64,000 nucleotides of DNA from Dehalococcoidia bacterium (GCA_965222145.1 CBDCTG010000001.1:684146-748145); one strand, 5' to 3'; shown: positions 10,292 to 19,908, counted from the first letter of the stretch. The notes: generated from the sequence alone by a model not told the origin. Translations and numbers: made by a program.

Positions 10292-10936
10292 CTAAATCCC
10301 CACAATCTTAATCATCGAATGCGCCTTGTAGATACGATTGATGTTCAATAGTAGAGCCGTCAAGTCTTCGCAGTACCGCGCATTCTCCAATCCTCCGCCG
10401 TCAACCCCTCGCGCTCCCTTTATCGTCTCCGCCAGAGCAATAACTTTGCTCTTGGCTTCCGAATCATCGCTGCACACTACGATGTCGGTGTTTAGCGGCC
10501 TATCGGGCGCGAGCAGTTCCTGTGCGCTGACATTGTGGAACGCTGCGACATGTGTGGCATCAGGAATAATTTCGCGCGCTTCAAGCGCCGCTGAACCTGC
10601 CTCAACTTTAATCGCGCTGGCAACGCCTTTGCTGAACGCCAAAGGCGCGACCACATTGATGATCATCTTGCCGCGCAGCTCGTCGGTTAATGATTCTAAA
10701 GTCGGCTTCTGCGCGGCGTATGGCACGGCAACAACCACCGTGTCGGATTGCGCCGCAACTTCGGCATTCAGTGCTCCGGCAATAGATATAGAGGACGTAA
10801 TCTCCAGTACGCTGTCAGCCGCTGCCTGCGCGCGCGCGGCGTCCCGCGAGCCAATCAGCACGTCCTCACCGGCAAGAGCAAACCTCAGCGCGAGGCCACG
10901 CCCTTCGGGCCCAGTCCCGCCTATAAATCCAATCAT
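10292..10936 (-). CDS. npdG: NADPH-dependent F420 reductase
   Basis: 214 aa with the N-terminal dinucleotide fold MIGFIGGTGPEGRGLALRFALAG. Overall length and pattern match the NpdG/Fno family. Confidence 0.75.
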   Translation of the reverse strand: MIGFIGGTGPEGRGLALRFALAGEDVLIGSRDAARAQAAADSVLEITSSISIAGALNAEVAAQSDTVVVAVPYAAQKPTLESLTDELRGKMIINVVAPLAFSKGVASAIKVEAGSAALEAREIIPDATHVAAFHNVSAQELLAPDRPLNTDIVVCSDDSEAKSKVIALAETIKGARGVDGGGLENARYCEDLTALLLNINRIYKAHSMIKIVGI

Positions 10937-10981
10937 TCAGAATCACCTTCCTAGAAATTGCCGAGTCGGGCGAAAAAAGCG

Positions 10982-12340
10982 TTACGAGATGTGACGCGCG
11001 ATCTCGCTTGGCAAATCATCCATCGCAACGGTGTACTCCTCGCCGGCGTTCATGTCGCGGAACTTGATGCGCTCAAGCTCCAGGTCCTCCGGTAGCGGTA
11101 TGATTGCGAACCTGAAGCCCTTGCGCGAGGCGTACCTGAGTTGCCTTCCGAGACGCGCTTGCTCGAAGAATATCTCGGTGTTAACATCGGCTGCCCGCAA
11201 CGAGCTGGCTACTTCGATCGCGTTGCTCATCAGGCTTTCGTCGGGCACAGTTACGAGGACCTGTGCGGCAGAGGCGCTTCCCGGCTTGACGATGCCCGCC
11301 TGCAACAACTGTGAGAACAGCCGAGTAAAACCGATGGATATACCGACGCCCGGCATCGTCTTGCGGATGAAATAGCTGGCGAGGTCGTCGTAACGACCGC
11401 CGGAGCAGATGCTTCCCAGTTGCGGATGGTCGTCAAGACGTGTTTCGTATATCGTTCCGGTATAGTAATCAAGACCGCGCACGATACCGATGTCAGCAGC
11501 GATATTCTCGTCAGCGATGCCGAAAGCAGTGGCGTGCTCGAAAACCGCTTTCAGTTCGTCCACACCCTGTCGGAAGCGTTCGCCGCCATCCATCAGTTCG
11601 AGTGCACATAGGACATCTGCAGGGCTGCCGCTCATCTGCACGAGCGCGAGTATGTCGCTTGTCGCGGCATTGCCGTTTGGCAGGTCGTCAAGTGCCTGCA
11701 ATAACGGCCCGGTTCCCTGACGGTCAATTTTGTCGGCTTCTCGCAGAATCAGCGAGGACTCGCTTTCGTCAAAGCCCAGATGCTCGAGGTATCCGGTCAG
11801 AATCTTGCGGTTGCTGATCCTAATAGTGAAGTCGCCTATGGCGAGGCTGGTGAACACAGTGGATATGACGGCGGGAATCTCGGCGTCGGCCATTAGGCTG
11901 AGCTTGCCGTCCCCCACGATGTCAATGTCGCACTGCGTAAACTCACGAAATCGTCCGTGCTGCGGGCGTTCGCCGCGCCAGACTTTCTGAATCTGGTAGC
12001 GGCGAAACGGAAATACCAACTCGTTATTGTGCTGTGCGACGTACCTTGCGAGCGGCACCGTCAGATCGAAGTGGAGCGAGTAGTCTCTAGCGTCGCCTCC
12101 CGACTGAGGGTGAAGTCCCGTAAGGCTGTATATTTGTCGCTCCGTCTCCGCCCCGCCCTTCGCAGTTAAGACGGCGTTGCGCTCGACGGCAGGTGTCTCA
12201 ATTGGCGAAAATCCATAGCGCTCAAACGCCGCGCGAATCTGGTCAATCATCTGCTGTTCAAGCAGGCGCTCGGCGGGCGTCCACTCCGGGAATCCGCTGA
12301 TGGGAGATGGCGTTATTCTAGTGATTCTGTCGGCACACAT
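10982..12340 (-). CDS. hisS: Histidine--tRNA ligase
   Basis: 452 aa class II aaRS with HisRS blocks (FRRYQIQKVWRGERPQHGRFREFTQCD, GGRYDDL, GISIGFTRL) and an anticodon-binding C-terminus. Confidence 0.85.
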   Translation of the reverse strand: MCADRITRITPSPISGFPEWTPAERLLEQQMIDQIRAAFERYGFSPIETPAVERNAVLTAKGGAETERQIYSLTGLHPQSGGDARDYSLHFDLTVPLARYVAQHNNELVFPFRRYQIQKVWRGERPQHGRFREFTQCDIDIVGDGKLSLMADAEIPAVISTVFTSLAIGDFTIRISNRKILTGYLEHLGFDESESSLILREADKIDRQGTGPLLQALDDLPNGNAATSDILALVQMSGSPADVLCALELMDGGERFRQGVDELKAVFEHATAFGIADENIAADIGIVRGLDYYTGTIYETRLDDHPQLGSICSGGRYDDLASYFIRKTMPGVGISIGFTRLFSQLLQAGIVKPGSASAAQVLVTVPDESLMSNAIEVASSLRAADVNTEIFFEQARLGRQLRYASRKGFRFAIIPLPEDLELERIKFRDMNAGEEYTVAMDDLPSEIARHIS

Positions 12341-12396
12341 TCGAGGGGATCGCTCCTTGAGGACGTACCAAGCTCAATCGGAAATTAGGCGCACAA

Positions 12397-12405
12397 ATTG
12401 TATCA
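12397..12405 (-). promoter_or_regulatory. Putative extended -10 promoter for hisS
   Basis: The minus strand reads TGaTACAAT. About 55 nt downstream lie AAGGAG and the hisS ATG. Confidence 0.35.
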
Positions 12406-12512
12406 CAAGCGCCTGTGTTCAATGGCTGCTTTACCAATTTGGTTGCCCGTTAAAAACTTTCGGCAAGTCAATTAGATGAATCACGCTGAACTGATGCAGG
12501 GGGAATTGCGGT

Positions 12513-14433
12513 ATGGGCGCTCTTAAAAATATATGGCAGCGCATTGGCACAAAACTATATCTTGCGCTGGGCTTCGCAGTGTTCCTGACCCTCGTATCGA
12601 GCGCAGTAGGAGTGTATTACTTCGAGCGGAGCGGAGATCTGAATTACCAGGTGCGGTCTGAGTCTGTGCCTGCTCTCGAAGCTTCATGGGCAGCGGCGCG
12701 GGAAGCAGAGCGGCTGCGCTCCATAGCCCTGGGACTCTTGGCAGAGCCGGGAATCGAAGGCGACACGCAGGAAGTGAATTCTGCGTCGGAATCTCTGGGG
12801 CGATTGGAGAAGATGCGCTGGCCACAGCCAGCAGCGTCCCGGAACTGGTTCCTCCCGCACAGGCAGTTCAGGATGCGGCGTACGGACTGACCGAGGTCAT
12901 ATATAATCTTGCCGTATACAGAAATGCTTTGATAGAGGCCAATGCTGCTGCGGCTGACTTGCAGCAGAGCAAGGATGGGCTCTCGGTTGATGATAGCGCC
13001 TCTCAAATATCTCTTGTTGTGCTTAGCCGGGCTATGCTTGCAAGTAACGAAGATGCGCTGCAGCGCCTCTGGGACGAGTTCACGGGTCTGCATGCTGCGG
13101 GCATAGACCCGACGTTTCTCTGGCAGACGGTCAGGGTGTGTTCGCGGCTCGCGGACAGCAATTAGTGCTTAAGGAGAGGGAGGCCGAACTAACCGCTTCA
13201 TTCAGCGATTCCAGTGCTGCGCTGGAAACTTCAGTCTCCGCCCTACTTTCCGGCGCCGGTGACCAGTCCACATCTTCGCCTGGGCTTGCTGTCAGCACCT
13301 TCGACCAAGGTCGGCTTCTTCTGACGCTCATCAGCGTGGTCTCCGTGATAGCCGCTACTCTTGCGGCATGGCTGTGGGTGGGCAACGGCATGGTGCGCCG
13401 GCTCTCCAGAATGTCGGAACGAATGCGGAACATGGCTGGGGGAGACTTGGAGACGCCTGTGCCCGAAGTTGGCGAAGACGAAATCGGCGAGTTGGCAAAT
13501 GCACTTGAGGTGTTTCGTGAGCAGGCGTTGGAAGTACAGCGACTGAACTTGGTTGAGCAACTCTATGGAGAACTACGCCAGGCCAACGAAGAGTTGAAAC
13601 AGATGCAGGCGCGCCTCGTGGCTCAGGAAAAACTGGCCGCCCTAGGTGAATTGGTCTCAGGCGTGGCGCATGAAATCAGCAACCCGCTGAACTTCGTCAC
13701 CAACTTCTCCGAAGGACCGCTTGAGTTGTACGACGAACTTTCGGAAATGCTTGAGACTTATAAGAGTGCCATGTCTGAGGAAGATGTGAACCTTCTCGGA
13801 GAAATCAGTGCCGAGATTTCAGATAGCCTGAACCGCGTGTGCATCAACGGAGGACGGGCGCTGGCGATTGTTGAGCGCATGCGTGCCATGGGCGTCGAGG
13901 GCGGCGAGCCTGTGCCTATGGAACTGAATTCGATGCTGCCACAGATTGTCAACACTGGCTGTGAGGCTTTTGAGGCGCAATGGAAGGACTTCTCAGTTGA
14001 GCGTGTCCTTGACTTGGATTCGTCGGTGGGGGAGGTGCCTCTTGCCGAGCATGACTTCGGAGAGGCAATTGTCAACCTCGTGTCCAACGCTTGTTATTCA
14101 ATGCTAATGAAGTTGGAAGAAGAAGGCGCAAACTACCAGCCCGTCCTGCGTATTTCCAGCCGTTTGTACGAAGACGACAACTTGGTAGAGGTGAGGGTGC
14201 GCGACAACGGAACGGGTAACCCGGATGACGTGGTTGGGCACGTTTTCAACCCATTCTTTTCCACACGTGATGGGGCACTCGGCGCAGGATTAGGGTTGCC
14301 CATTGCCGCCGATGTTGCCAGACGATTAGGCGGGCACCTTACAGTGGACACCGAGTATGGAGAGTATGCGGAGTTCACGATGGCAATTCCAACAGTGGCT
14401 TCTGAGATGACCGCTTTTGTGCAGGTAGGGTAA
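12513..14433 (+). pseudogene. Sensor histidine kinase (TM-sensor-TM-HAMP-HisKA-HATPase) interrupted by two frameshifts
   Basis: Three ORFs in three frames (12513-12890, 12686-13165, 13138-14433) read through as one protein. It has TM1 LYLALGFAVFLTLVSSAVGVYYF, a sensor region, TM2 LLLTLISVVSVIAATLAAWLWV, a HAMP domain, the H-box HEISNPLNF and G boxes RDNGTGNP / GAGLGLPIA. The frame switches are near 12800-12815 and 13112-13122. Confidence 0.75.
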
Positions 14434-14454
14434 TCTGCCGTAGGTGCGGTTCTG

Positions 14455-15504
14455 CTAGCGCCTCCGTAGTACCAGATAGGCGAACGTCGCGAGAGCCAAG
14501 ACACTGGTTACCATCAGCACTATTACCAGAGTGATTCGCTGGCGAGGCGCGTTCGCTATAGTGTTCAGCGTGTTGCGTATGCGTGGAGCGGCGTTACCGA
14601 TTAACGGTAGCGTCGGCTGTTGAAAGTTGCCCAACAGACCGGAAGGCTTAACGGTCGCAGTCGGAGTTGGCAAGGGTGTACTCGTAGAGGTCGACGTCGG
14701 CGTCGAGGTAGGCGATGGAGTAGTCGTTGGGGTCTCCGTCCGTGTAGGAGTCGTTGTTGGGCTGTTTGTCGCTGTCGCTGTGGCGGTTGAAGTGGCGGTA
14801 GCCGTGGGCGTATCGGTCGGCGTTGGCGTGGCAGTCGGTTCAGGAGTTGCTGTGTGAGTCGCGGTAGCAGTCGGTGTATCCGTGGGCGTTGGAGTCGCCG
14901 TATTCCTCCTCGGAGAAGGTCTACTGGTTGATTCTGGCGTGCTCGTCGCTTCAACCCTCGGTGCTTCCGTGGCAGTGGGCGCTAAAGTTGGCAACGGTAC
15001 AACGGTCGGTGATGGAACGGTCGTTGCAGTAGGTGCGGGAGAAGACGTGGGACGTGGTGTAGAAGTCCGCCTTCGCCGTGCAGGAGGCGATGTCGGGACT
15101 TACGTAGGAGTTAAAGTGAGTGTCGATGTCGGCGTCAAGGTTGGCTCGGCAGTCGCCGTCTGAGTGGGAGTATTGGTCGGCGCAGGTGTGTGCGTAGTTG
15201 TGGGCGGGATAGTCGGCGTTGATGTCTGAGTTGACGGTGGCGTAGAAGTGGAAGTCGCAGTGGGCACCGGCGTGCGTGTAGGAGTTAAGGTTGAGGTTGC
15301 TAAGCTAGTAGGGGTGTTCGTGGGCGTCTGCGTAGCCGTTCCCGTCGCAGTAGGTGTTGCCGTTTGTGTAGCAGTTGCCGTCGCCGTACGCGTAAAAGTT
15401 GCAGTGGCAATCGGCGTATTTGTGTGCGTGGGTGTAGACGTAGCTGGCTGCGGCTCGCCGTCGCCGATAACTTGCACGGTTAATTCCTTAGGGCTGCCAG
15501 GCAC
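14455..15504 (-). pseudogene. Thr/Pro/Ala-rich cell-surface-type protein with C-terminal TM anchor, split by an in-frame TAA
   Basis: ORFs 15100-15504 and 14455-14994 are in the same frame. A single TAA (15100-15102) separates them, and the frame stays Thr/Pro-rich across it (...[33 protein letters not shown]...). The C-terminus has a hydrophobic helix plus RRR ([24 protein letters not shown]). Confidence 0.55.
14652..15450 (-). repeat. Low-complexity Thr/Pro/Ala coding repeats (about 0.8 kb)
   Basis: Reiterated TPT/TAT units, including a near-duplicate 22-aa unit ([22 protein letters not shown] / [22 protein letters not shown]). The mirror G/V-rich ORFs on the plus strand are its antisense image. 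Confidence 0.8.
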
Positions 15505-15596
15505 ATGATCATCCCGGGTGTATGTCGACCTTCAACATGCGATTCCCATGGCCGGTTTCAACTCTATGGCTCACTATCCTAGTCGCCTGACCTGAT

Positions 15597-16016
15597 CTAG
15601 ACTACCCCTATCAGTTGTACGCCGCCAGGTTCAGGTTCAACTACTCGAACTCCGCTCCTGATAACCTTGTTCTGCTCTGTTATAGTGGGATCAATTCGCA
15701 CTGTAATTTGCAGACTTTGGCCTTCTCGCACCGGCGAAGGATCGAGACTTACCAAACTCACCTCCGGCAGCGCTTGTCCTAGGACTCTTTCGCCTGGCTG
15801 AGCAGGTATTGCCCCTCTCGGAGTTGATACTTGGGCGTGGGCTTCAGTATAAGAGAATGTCCCATAAAGGGCGAAAAATACGGCGAGGAACAAAAGAAAG
15901 GCGACTACGAAATGGGCAAAGTCATTTCCCCTTGACGCCGCCGCGTTATTTGCTGAGAGGGCAAGAAAGTACCTCGAGGCAGTTCTTTTCACGCGCCTGG
16001 GAAGTTTGCGCTGCAT
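15597..16016 (-). CDS. Membrane-anchored hypothetical protein (possibly the original N-terminus of the Thr/Pro-rich gene)
   Basis: 139 aa with an N-terminal TM (FAHFVVAFLLFLAVFFALYGTF) and a small beta-rich ectodomain. It ends 92 nt upstream of the Thr/Pro-rich ORF, which has no Shine-Dalgarno of its own. Confidence 0.5.
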   Translation of the reverse strand: MQRKLPRRVKRTASRYFLALSANNAAASRGNDFAHFVVAFLLFLAVFFALYGTFSYTEAHAQVSTPRGAIPAQPGERVLGQALPEVSLVSLDPSPVREGQSLQITVRIDPTITEQNKVIRSGVRVVEPEPGGVQLIGVV

Positions 16017-16136
16017 TGAATGCGGCTATCCTTTTTTATAACAACATCTACTGCAAGTGTTTGAAGGTTACCTATTAATTATCTTAACCGAAATGCTATT
16101 GACTAGACAGCAAATTGGGGAAGTACCACACTGGTA

Positions 16137-16145
16137 TGGTAGAAT
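16137..16145 (+). promoter_or_regulatory. Putative extended -10 promoter upstream of the DMT transporter
   Basis: TGgTAGAAT at 16137-16145. It would give a leader of about 180 nt before the GTG at 16329. Confidence 0.3.
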
Positions 16146-16328
16146 GCCTCGCGTAAACTGAGTCGTCTATTCCTTGCGGTGCACCACCTTCAGAAGACTG
16201 CGCGGAATCCTGATTAATGCCGTCATTCCGCAACTCAATCAAGCCGGATGACAGCAGTGGCACAGTGCCAATTATCACAATTCACGAGACGGGTTCGAGG
16301 GTTCGCTTGCGAAGGGGCGTGTAGGTAA

Positions 16329-17267
16329 GTGGGGAAATCGGGCGAGGAAACACGTCGTCCAGCAGGGCTTCTTCCGAGTGCCTTTGCGCTGCTAGTGGCG
16401 ACGATGTGGGGTGGCAACAATGTCAGCCTGAAGGCATCTCTCGAGCATGGCGCGCCTTTGCAGGTAGGCTGGATGCGCTTCGTGTTAGGAGGCATCGTCA
16501 CGCTCGCATACCTGGCGGTCAGAAGGGAATCTCTGGCGATCGCAAGGCACGAGGTGAAGCCGCTGCTGGTGCTTGGCGCGCTCTTCTCCGTCCAGCTAAT
16601 AATTATGAATGTGGGGCAAGACCTCACGTCCGCTGGACACGGCGTCGCTCTTAACTCCACATTGCCCATCTGGACTGCGACTCTGGCAAGGTTCTTCATA
16701 CCTTCCGACCGCCTGACACTCTGGAAGGGAGTCGCGCTGTTCCTCTCCTATGCAGGTGTTCTTGTCGTCGTCTTCGGAGATACCGGCGTAGGTCAGGAGG
16801 AAGGCGTCACCATTCTCGGCGATGTGCTCAGCCTGGTATCGGCAGGCTTACTGGGGTTCAGGATGATTATGCTGTCAAACTTCGCGCAGAATGTTTCCGA
16901 AGGCAAACTGATGCTTGGGCAGCTCGTGATTGGAACCCTGCTTCTGGGTATTGGAAGTTACATTTTCGAGACTCCCACATATACAACTGACACCGGTTTT
17001 TGGCTCGCGCTCGGATACCAGGGCATAGTAATTGCGGGCGTCGGATTTCTAAGTAACGCATGGCTGGTTAAACGATACCTGCCGTCCTCAATTGCATTCT
17101 TCTACTTTGTGCAGCCGGTGTCGGGCGTCATTCTGGCATGGTTCATACTTGGCGAAGACCCTGGCCGAGGGCTGATACTCGGCGTTGCGCTGCTGTGCGT
17201 TGGGGCATTTGCCTACAGTTGGGAGTCATTCGCAATTGCCAGGAAGAGACGCCGAGCAGGCGGATAA
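16329..17267 (+). CDS. DMT superfamily (EamA-like) transporter
   Basis: 312 aa and about 10 TM segments, with a duplicated EamA pattern (WGGNNVSLK...; second half ...GVGFLSNAWLVKR). GTG start. Confidence 0.85.
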   Translation: MGKSGEETRRPAGLLPSAFALLVATMWGGNNVSLKASLEHGAPLQVGWMRFVLGGIVTLAYLAVRRESLAIARHEVKPLLVLGALFSVQLIIMNVGQDLTSAGHGVALNSTLPIWTATLARFFIPSDRLTLWKGVALFLSYAGVLVVVFGDTGVGQEEGVTILGDVLSLVSAGLLGFRMIMLSNFAQNVSEGKLMLGQLVIGTLLLGIGSYIFETPTYTTDTGFWLALGYQGIVIAGVGFLSNAWLVKRYLPSSIAFFYFVQPVSGVILAWFILGEDPGRGLILGVALLCVGAFAYSWESFAIARKRRRAGG

Positions 17268-17318
17268 GTCCCAGTTCGAATAGACCCTGCCTAGTTGAGT
17301 TGTTGTCGCTTCTACTGA

Positions 17319-17347
17319 TTGTACGACTGGGTGCGCTGGGATATACT
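17319..17347 (+). promoter_or_regulatory. Putative sigma70-type promoter for rel
   Basis: TTGTAC (17319-17324), 17-nt spacer, TATACT (17342-17347), about 50 nt before the rel ATG. Confidence 0.4.
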
Positions 17348-17399
17348 ATTAGTGGTGGCTTAATTCCCAATTGCCAAGCGTTGTCAGAGGCACAAGAAA

Positions 17400-19565
17400 A
17401 TGGTTGACACTCTCCTTGAAAAGGCGAGAACTTACCTGCCGGCGGATAGGCTGGGTGTAATTGATCGGGCTTATCGTTACGCCGCGGACGCGCACGAAGG
17501 GCAGGTGCGGCGCTCTGGGGAGCCTTTCATCGAGCACCCGCTTCAAACTGCGCTTTACCTGGCGGATCTAAGGCTTGATGCAAACGCACTTGCCGCAGGT
17601 CTGCTGCACGATGTTGTAGAAGACTGCGATGTGTGCCTGGAGGAAATCGAGGACGAGTTCGGCAAGGAAATTGCGGGACTCGTTGACGGCGTGACGAAGC
17701 TGACTCAGGCAGAGGTGGATTTCGAGGAGGGCAAAAACGGATTCGTTCTGCGAGATTCCGATGTGGACTTGCAGCAAGCCGCGAGCCTGCGCAAGATGCT
17801 CGTCGCCATGGCGTCCGATGTACGCGTGGTACTGATTAAACTTGCGGATAGACTGCACAACATGCGCACTCTCCAGGCGCTGTCTCCAAACAGGCGCCGC
17901 GCCATTGCAAAGGAGACGCTTGAGATATTCGCTCCTCTGGCGCATCGGCTCGGAATCTGGGAGGTAAAGTGGCGCCTGGAAGACTTGGCGTTTCAGCATC
18001 TGAACAACGGCGTATACCAAGAAATCTCTGGCATGCTGAACGCGAAGAGGCAGGAGCGCGAAGAATATATAGAAGGTGTGCGCTCGCTGCTTCAATCCGA
18101 ATTGGACGGGGCAGGTGTCGCTGCGGAAGTTACGGGTCGCCCTAAGCACATTTACAGCATTCATAAGAAAACGGAAAAGTACAGGCGTCAAAACCTAGGT
18201 GTGGATGACATCCATGACCTCTTTGCCCTGCGTGTACTTGTTGAGAGCGTTAATGATTGCTATTTGGCGCTTGGCGTTGTGCATTCCAACTGGCGCCCGT
18301 TGCCCGGGCAGTTTGACGACTACATCGCCAATCCCAAGGACAATCTCTACAAGTCGCTTCACACAACGGTGCTGTGCATAGACGCCCATCCTGTCGAAGT
18401 TCAGATACGCACTCAAGAGATGCACCGTCTCGCTGAGTATGGTGTTGCGGCTCACTGGCTATACAAAGAGGGCCGTACTTCCGACGTCGAGTTTGAAGAG
18501 AAAATGACCTGGGTTCGCCAACTCCTCGACTGGCAGCGCGATGTGAATGGCTCGCACGAGTTCGTCGAGTCGTTCAAGATGGACATATTCAAGAACCAGG
18601 TTTATGTCTATACGCCGAAGGGCGATCTGAAAGAACTTCCTGCCGGAGCGACGCCTCTAGACTTCGCTTTCCGCATCCACACCGATATAGGCCATCGCTG
18701 CATAGGCGCGAAAGTTAACGGCAAGCTGGTTGCGCTCACCTACACGCTGCAGAACGGCGATACCGTTGAAATCATGACCAGCAAAGCGGTGAGAGGTCCC
18801 AGCCTTGACTGGCTGAATCCCAATCTCGGCTATCTCAACTCGAACTCCGCGCGCACAAAGGTAAGGCAGTGGTTCAACCGGCAGGAGCGCAGAGCTAATA
18901 TTGAACGCGGAAAGGATATTTTCCGCAGACAGTTGCGTCGGCTGAACCTGGCAATGACGGACGAAGAGCTTGCGACCGTTCTCGGATTTAGCAGTACTGA
19001 CGAATTTATGGTCGCACTGGGCGGCGGCGAGACAACCGTAGAGCAGGTCGTTGACCGCATTGCGAACCAAGAAATCCCCCCTGACTCAGATTTCGAGAAG
19101 ATATACAGTGTTCCTGTCAGCAGTCCCGCGTCCGGCATCGAAGTACTAGGAGTAGGGGACCTACTGACGAGCATGGCGAACTGCTGCACCCCCATTCTCG
19201 GCGACAGCATCGTCGGATACATCACGCGAACAAGGGGCGTAACGGTTCATCGCCGGAATTGCCCTAACATCATCGCGGAACAAGAAACGGAACGCCTGGT
19301 TCCCGTTGCGTGGAGCAAGGCCCACGAGTTGCATCCTGTCCGCGTTCGGCTTGAGGCGCAGGACAGAGTGGGACTGCTTAGGGATATTACCTCCCTTGTT
19401 TCCGAGGAAGGTGTTAATATAGCTTCGTGTGTTTCAGAAGAGGAGAAGGACGTCAGCATTGTTTCACTGACAGTTTATGTTGATGGAATAAGTCAACTCA
19501 ACCGGCTGTTCTCCAAAATGGAGAGCGTGCGCGGGGTGATTGGCGTAAGCAGAGCGAGAGTGTAA
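17400..19565 (+). CDS. rel: Bifunctional (p)ppGpp synthetase/hydrolase (RelA/SpoT homologue)
   Basis: 721 aa with an HD hydrolase domain (HPLQTA...LLHDVVEDC), a synthetase domain (RPKHIYSIHKK...YKSLHTTV), a TGS domain (VYVYTPKGDLKELPAGATPLDFAFRIH) and a C-terminal ACT domain. Confidence 0.95.
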   Translation: MVDTLLEKARTYLPADRLGVIDRAYRYAADAHEGQVRRSGEPFIEHPLQTALYLADLRLDANALAAGLLHDVVEDCDVCLEEIEDEFGKEIAGLVDGVTKLTQAEVDFEEGKNGFVLRDSDVDLQQAASLRKMLVAMASDVRVVLIKLADRLHNMRTLQALSPNRRRAIAKETLEIFAPLAHRLGIWEVKWRLEDLAFQHLNNGVYQEISGMLNAKRQEREEYIEGVRSLLQSELDGAGVAAEVTGRPKHIYSIHKKTEKYRRQNLGVDDIHDLFALRVLVESVNDCYLALGVVHSNWRPLPGQFDDYIANPKDNLYKSLHTTVLCIDAHPVEVQIRTQEMHRLAEYGVAAHWLYKEGRTSDVEFEEKMTWVRQLLDWQRDVNGSHEFVESFKMDIFKNQVYVYTPKGDLKELPAGATPLDFAFRIHTDIGHRCIGAKVNGKLVALTYTLQNGDTVEIMTSKAVRGPSLDWLNPNLGYLNSNSARTKVRQWFNRQERRANIERGKDIFRRQLRRLNLAMTDEELATVLGFSSTDEFMVALGGGETTVEQVVDRIANQEIPPDSDFEKIYSVPVSSPASGIEVLGVGDLLTSMANCCTPILGDSIVGYITRTRGVTVHRRNCPNIIAEQETERLVPVAWSKAHELHPVRVRLEAQDRVGLLRDITSLVSEEGVNIASCVSEEEKDVSIVSLTVYVDGISQLNRLFSKMESVRGVIGVSRARV

Positions 19566-19613
19566 CGTCGACAGACACAAAGTCGTCGGTTGCAATTCAG
19601 GAGGATAAGAGAA

Positions 19614-19874
19614 GTGCCAAGTGCAAAGTCAACACGTGTAGCGGTAAGGAAGCGCGGTCGCAATATGCCGCTGCGGACCCGTGCCAGGTCGCAAATCAGG
19701 AGGGCGCGATCATTAATCGACGCACAGGACATAGAGAGTGCTGAAGAGGCAGTCCGTGCCGCATTCGTTGCGTTGGACAAGGGCGCGCAGAAAGGCGCGC
19801 TCCACGCCAACAACGCGTCTCGGCGCAAGTCGCGCATTATGAAAGCGCTCCAGAAGGCGAAGGCCGCGAACTAG
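19614..19874 (+). CDS. rpsT: 30S ribosomal protein S20
   Basis: Basic helical protein (PSAKSTRVAVRKRGRNMPLRTRARSQIR...). GTG at 19614 lies 9 nt after AGGAGGA (19598-19604). I do not accept the ORF-track TTG at 19590. Confidence 0.9.
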   Translation: MPSAKSTRVAVRKRGRNMPLRTRARSQIRRARSLIDAQDIESAEEAVRAAFVALDKGAQKGALHANNASRRKSRIMKALQKAKAAN

Positions 19875-19908
19875 CGCGAACGCTCATTAACAGAAGGGAA
19901 TACCAAGA

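Noticed and set aside
9196-10994. Long plus-strand ORFs (9196-10008, 9200-9730, 10338-10994) opposite the deacetylase, MBL and F420-reductase genes
   Set aside because: Their composition is Arg/Ser/Ala-rich and they have no motifs. The minus-strand genes have strong family signatures and operon-like overlaps.
12341-12512. T-box leader upstream of hisS
   Set aside because: There is no T-box consensus (AGGGTGGNACCGCG-like), and the leader implied by the promoter is only ~55 nt.
14627-15508. Gly/Val-rich plus-strand ORFs across the Thr/Pro region
   Set aside because: They are the reverse-complement image of ACN/CCN codon repeats. The minus-strand reading ends in a TM anchor and is the more credible product.
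16150-16240. TPP-riboswitch-like fragments (CTGAG, GGTGC, CCTGATTAATGCC) in the DMT leader
   Set aside because: The elements occur in the wrong order relative to the THI-box consensus, and the pairing partners are missing.
16257-16275. TGGCAC as a sigma54 -24 element
   Set aside because: No TTGC(A/T) -12 element lies at the required 4-5-nt spacing. The sequence is instead a 6-1-6 palindrome.
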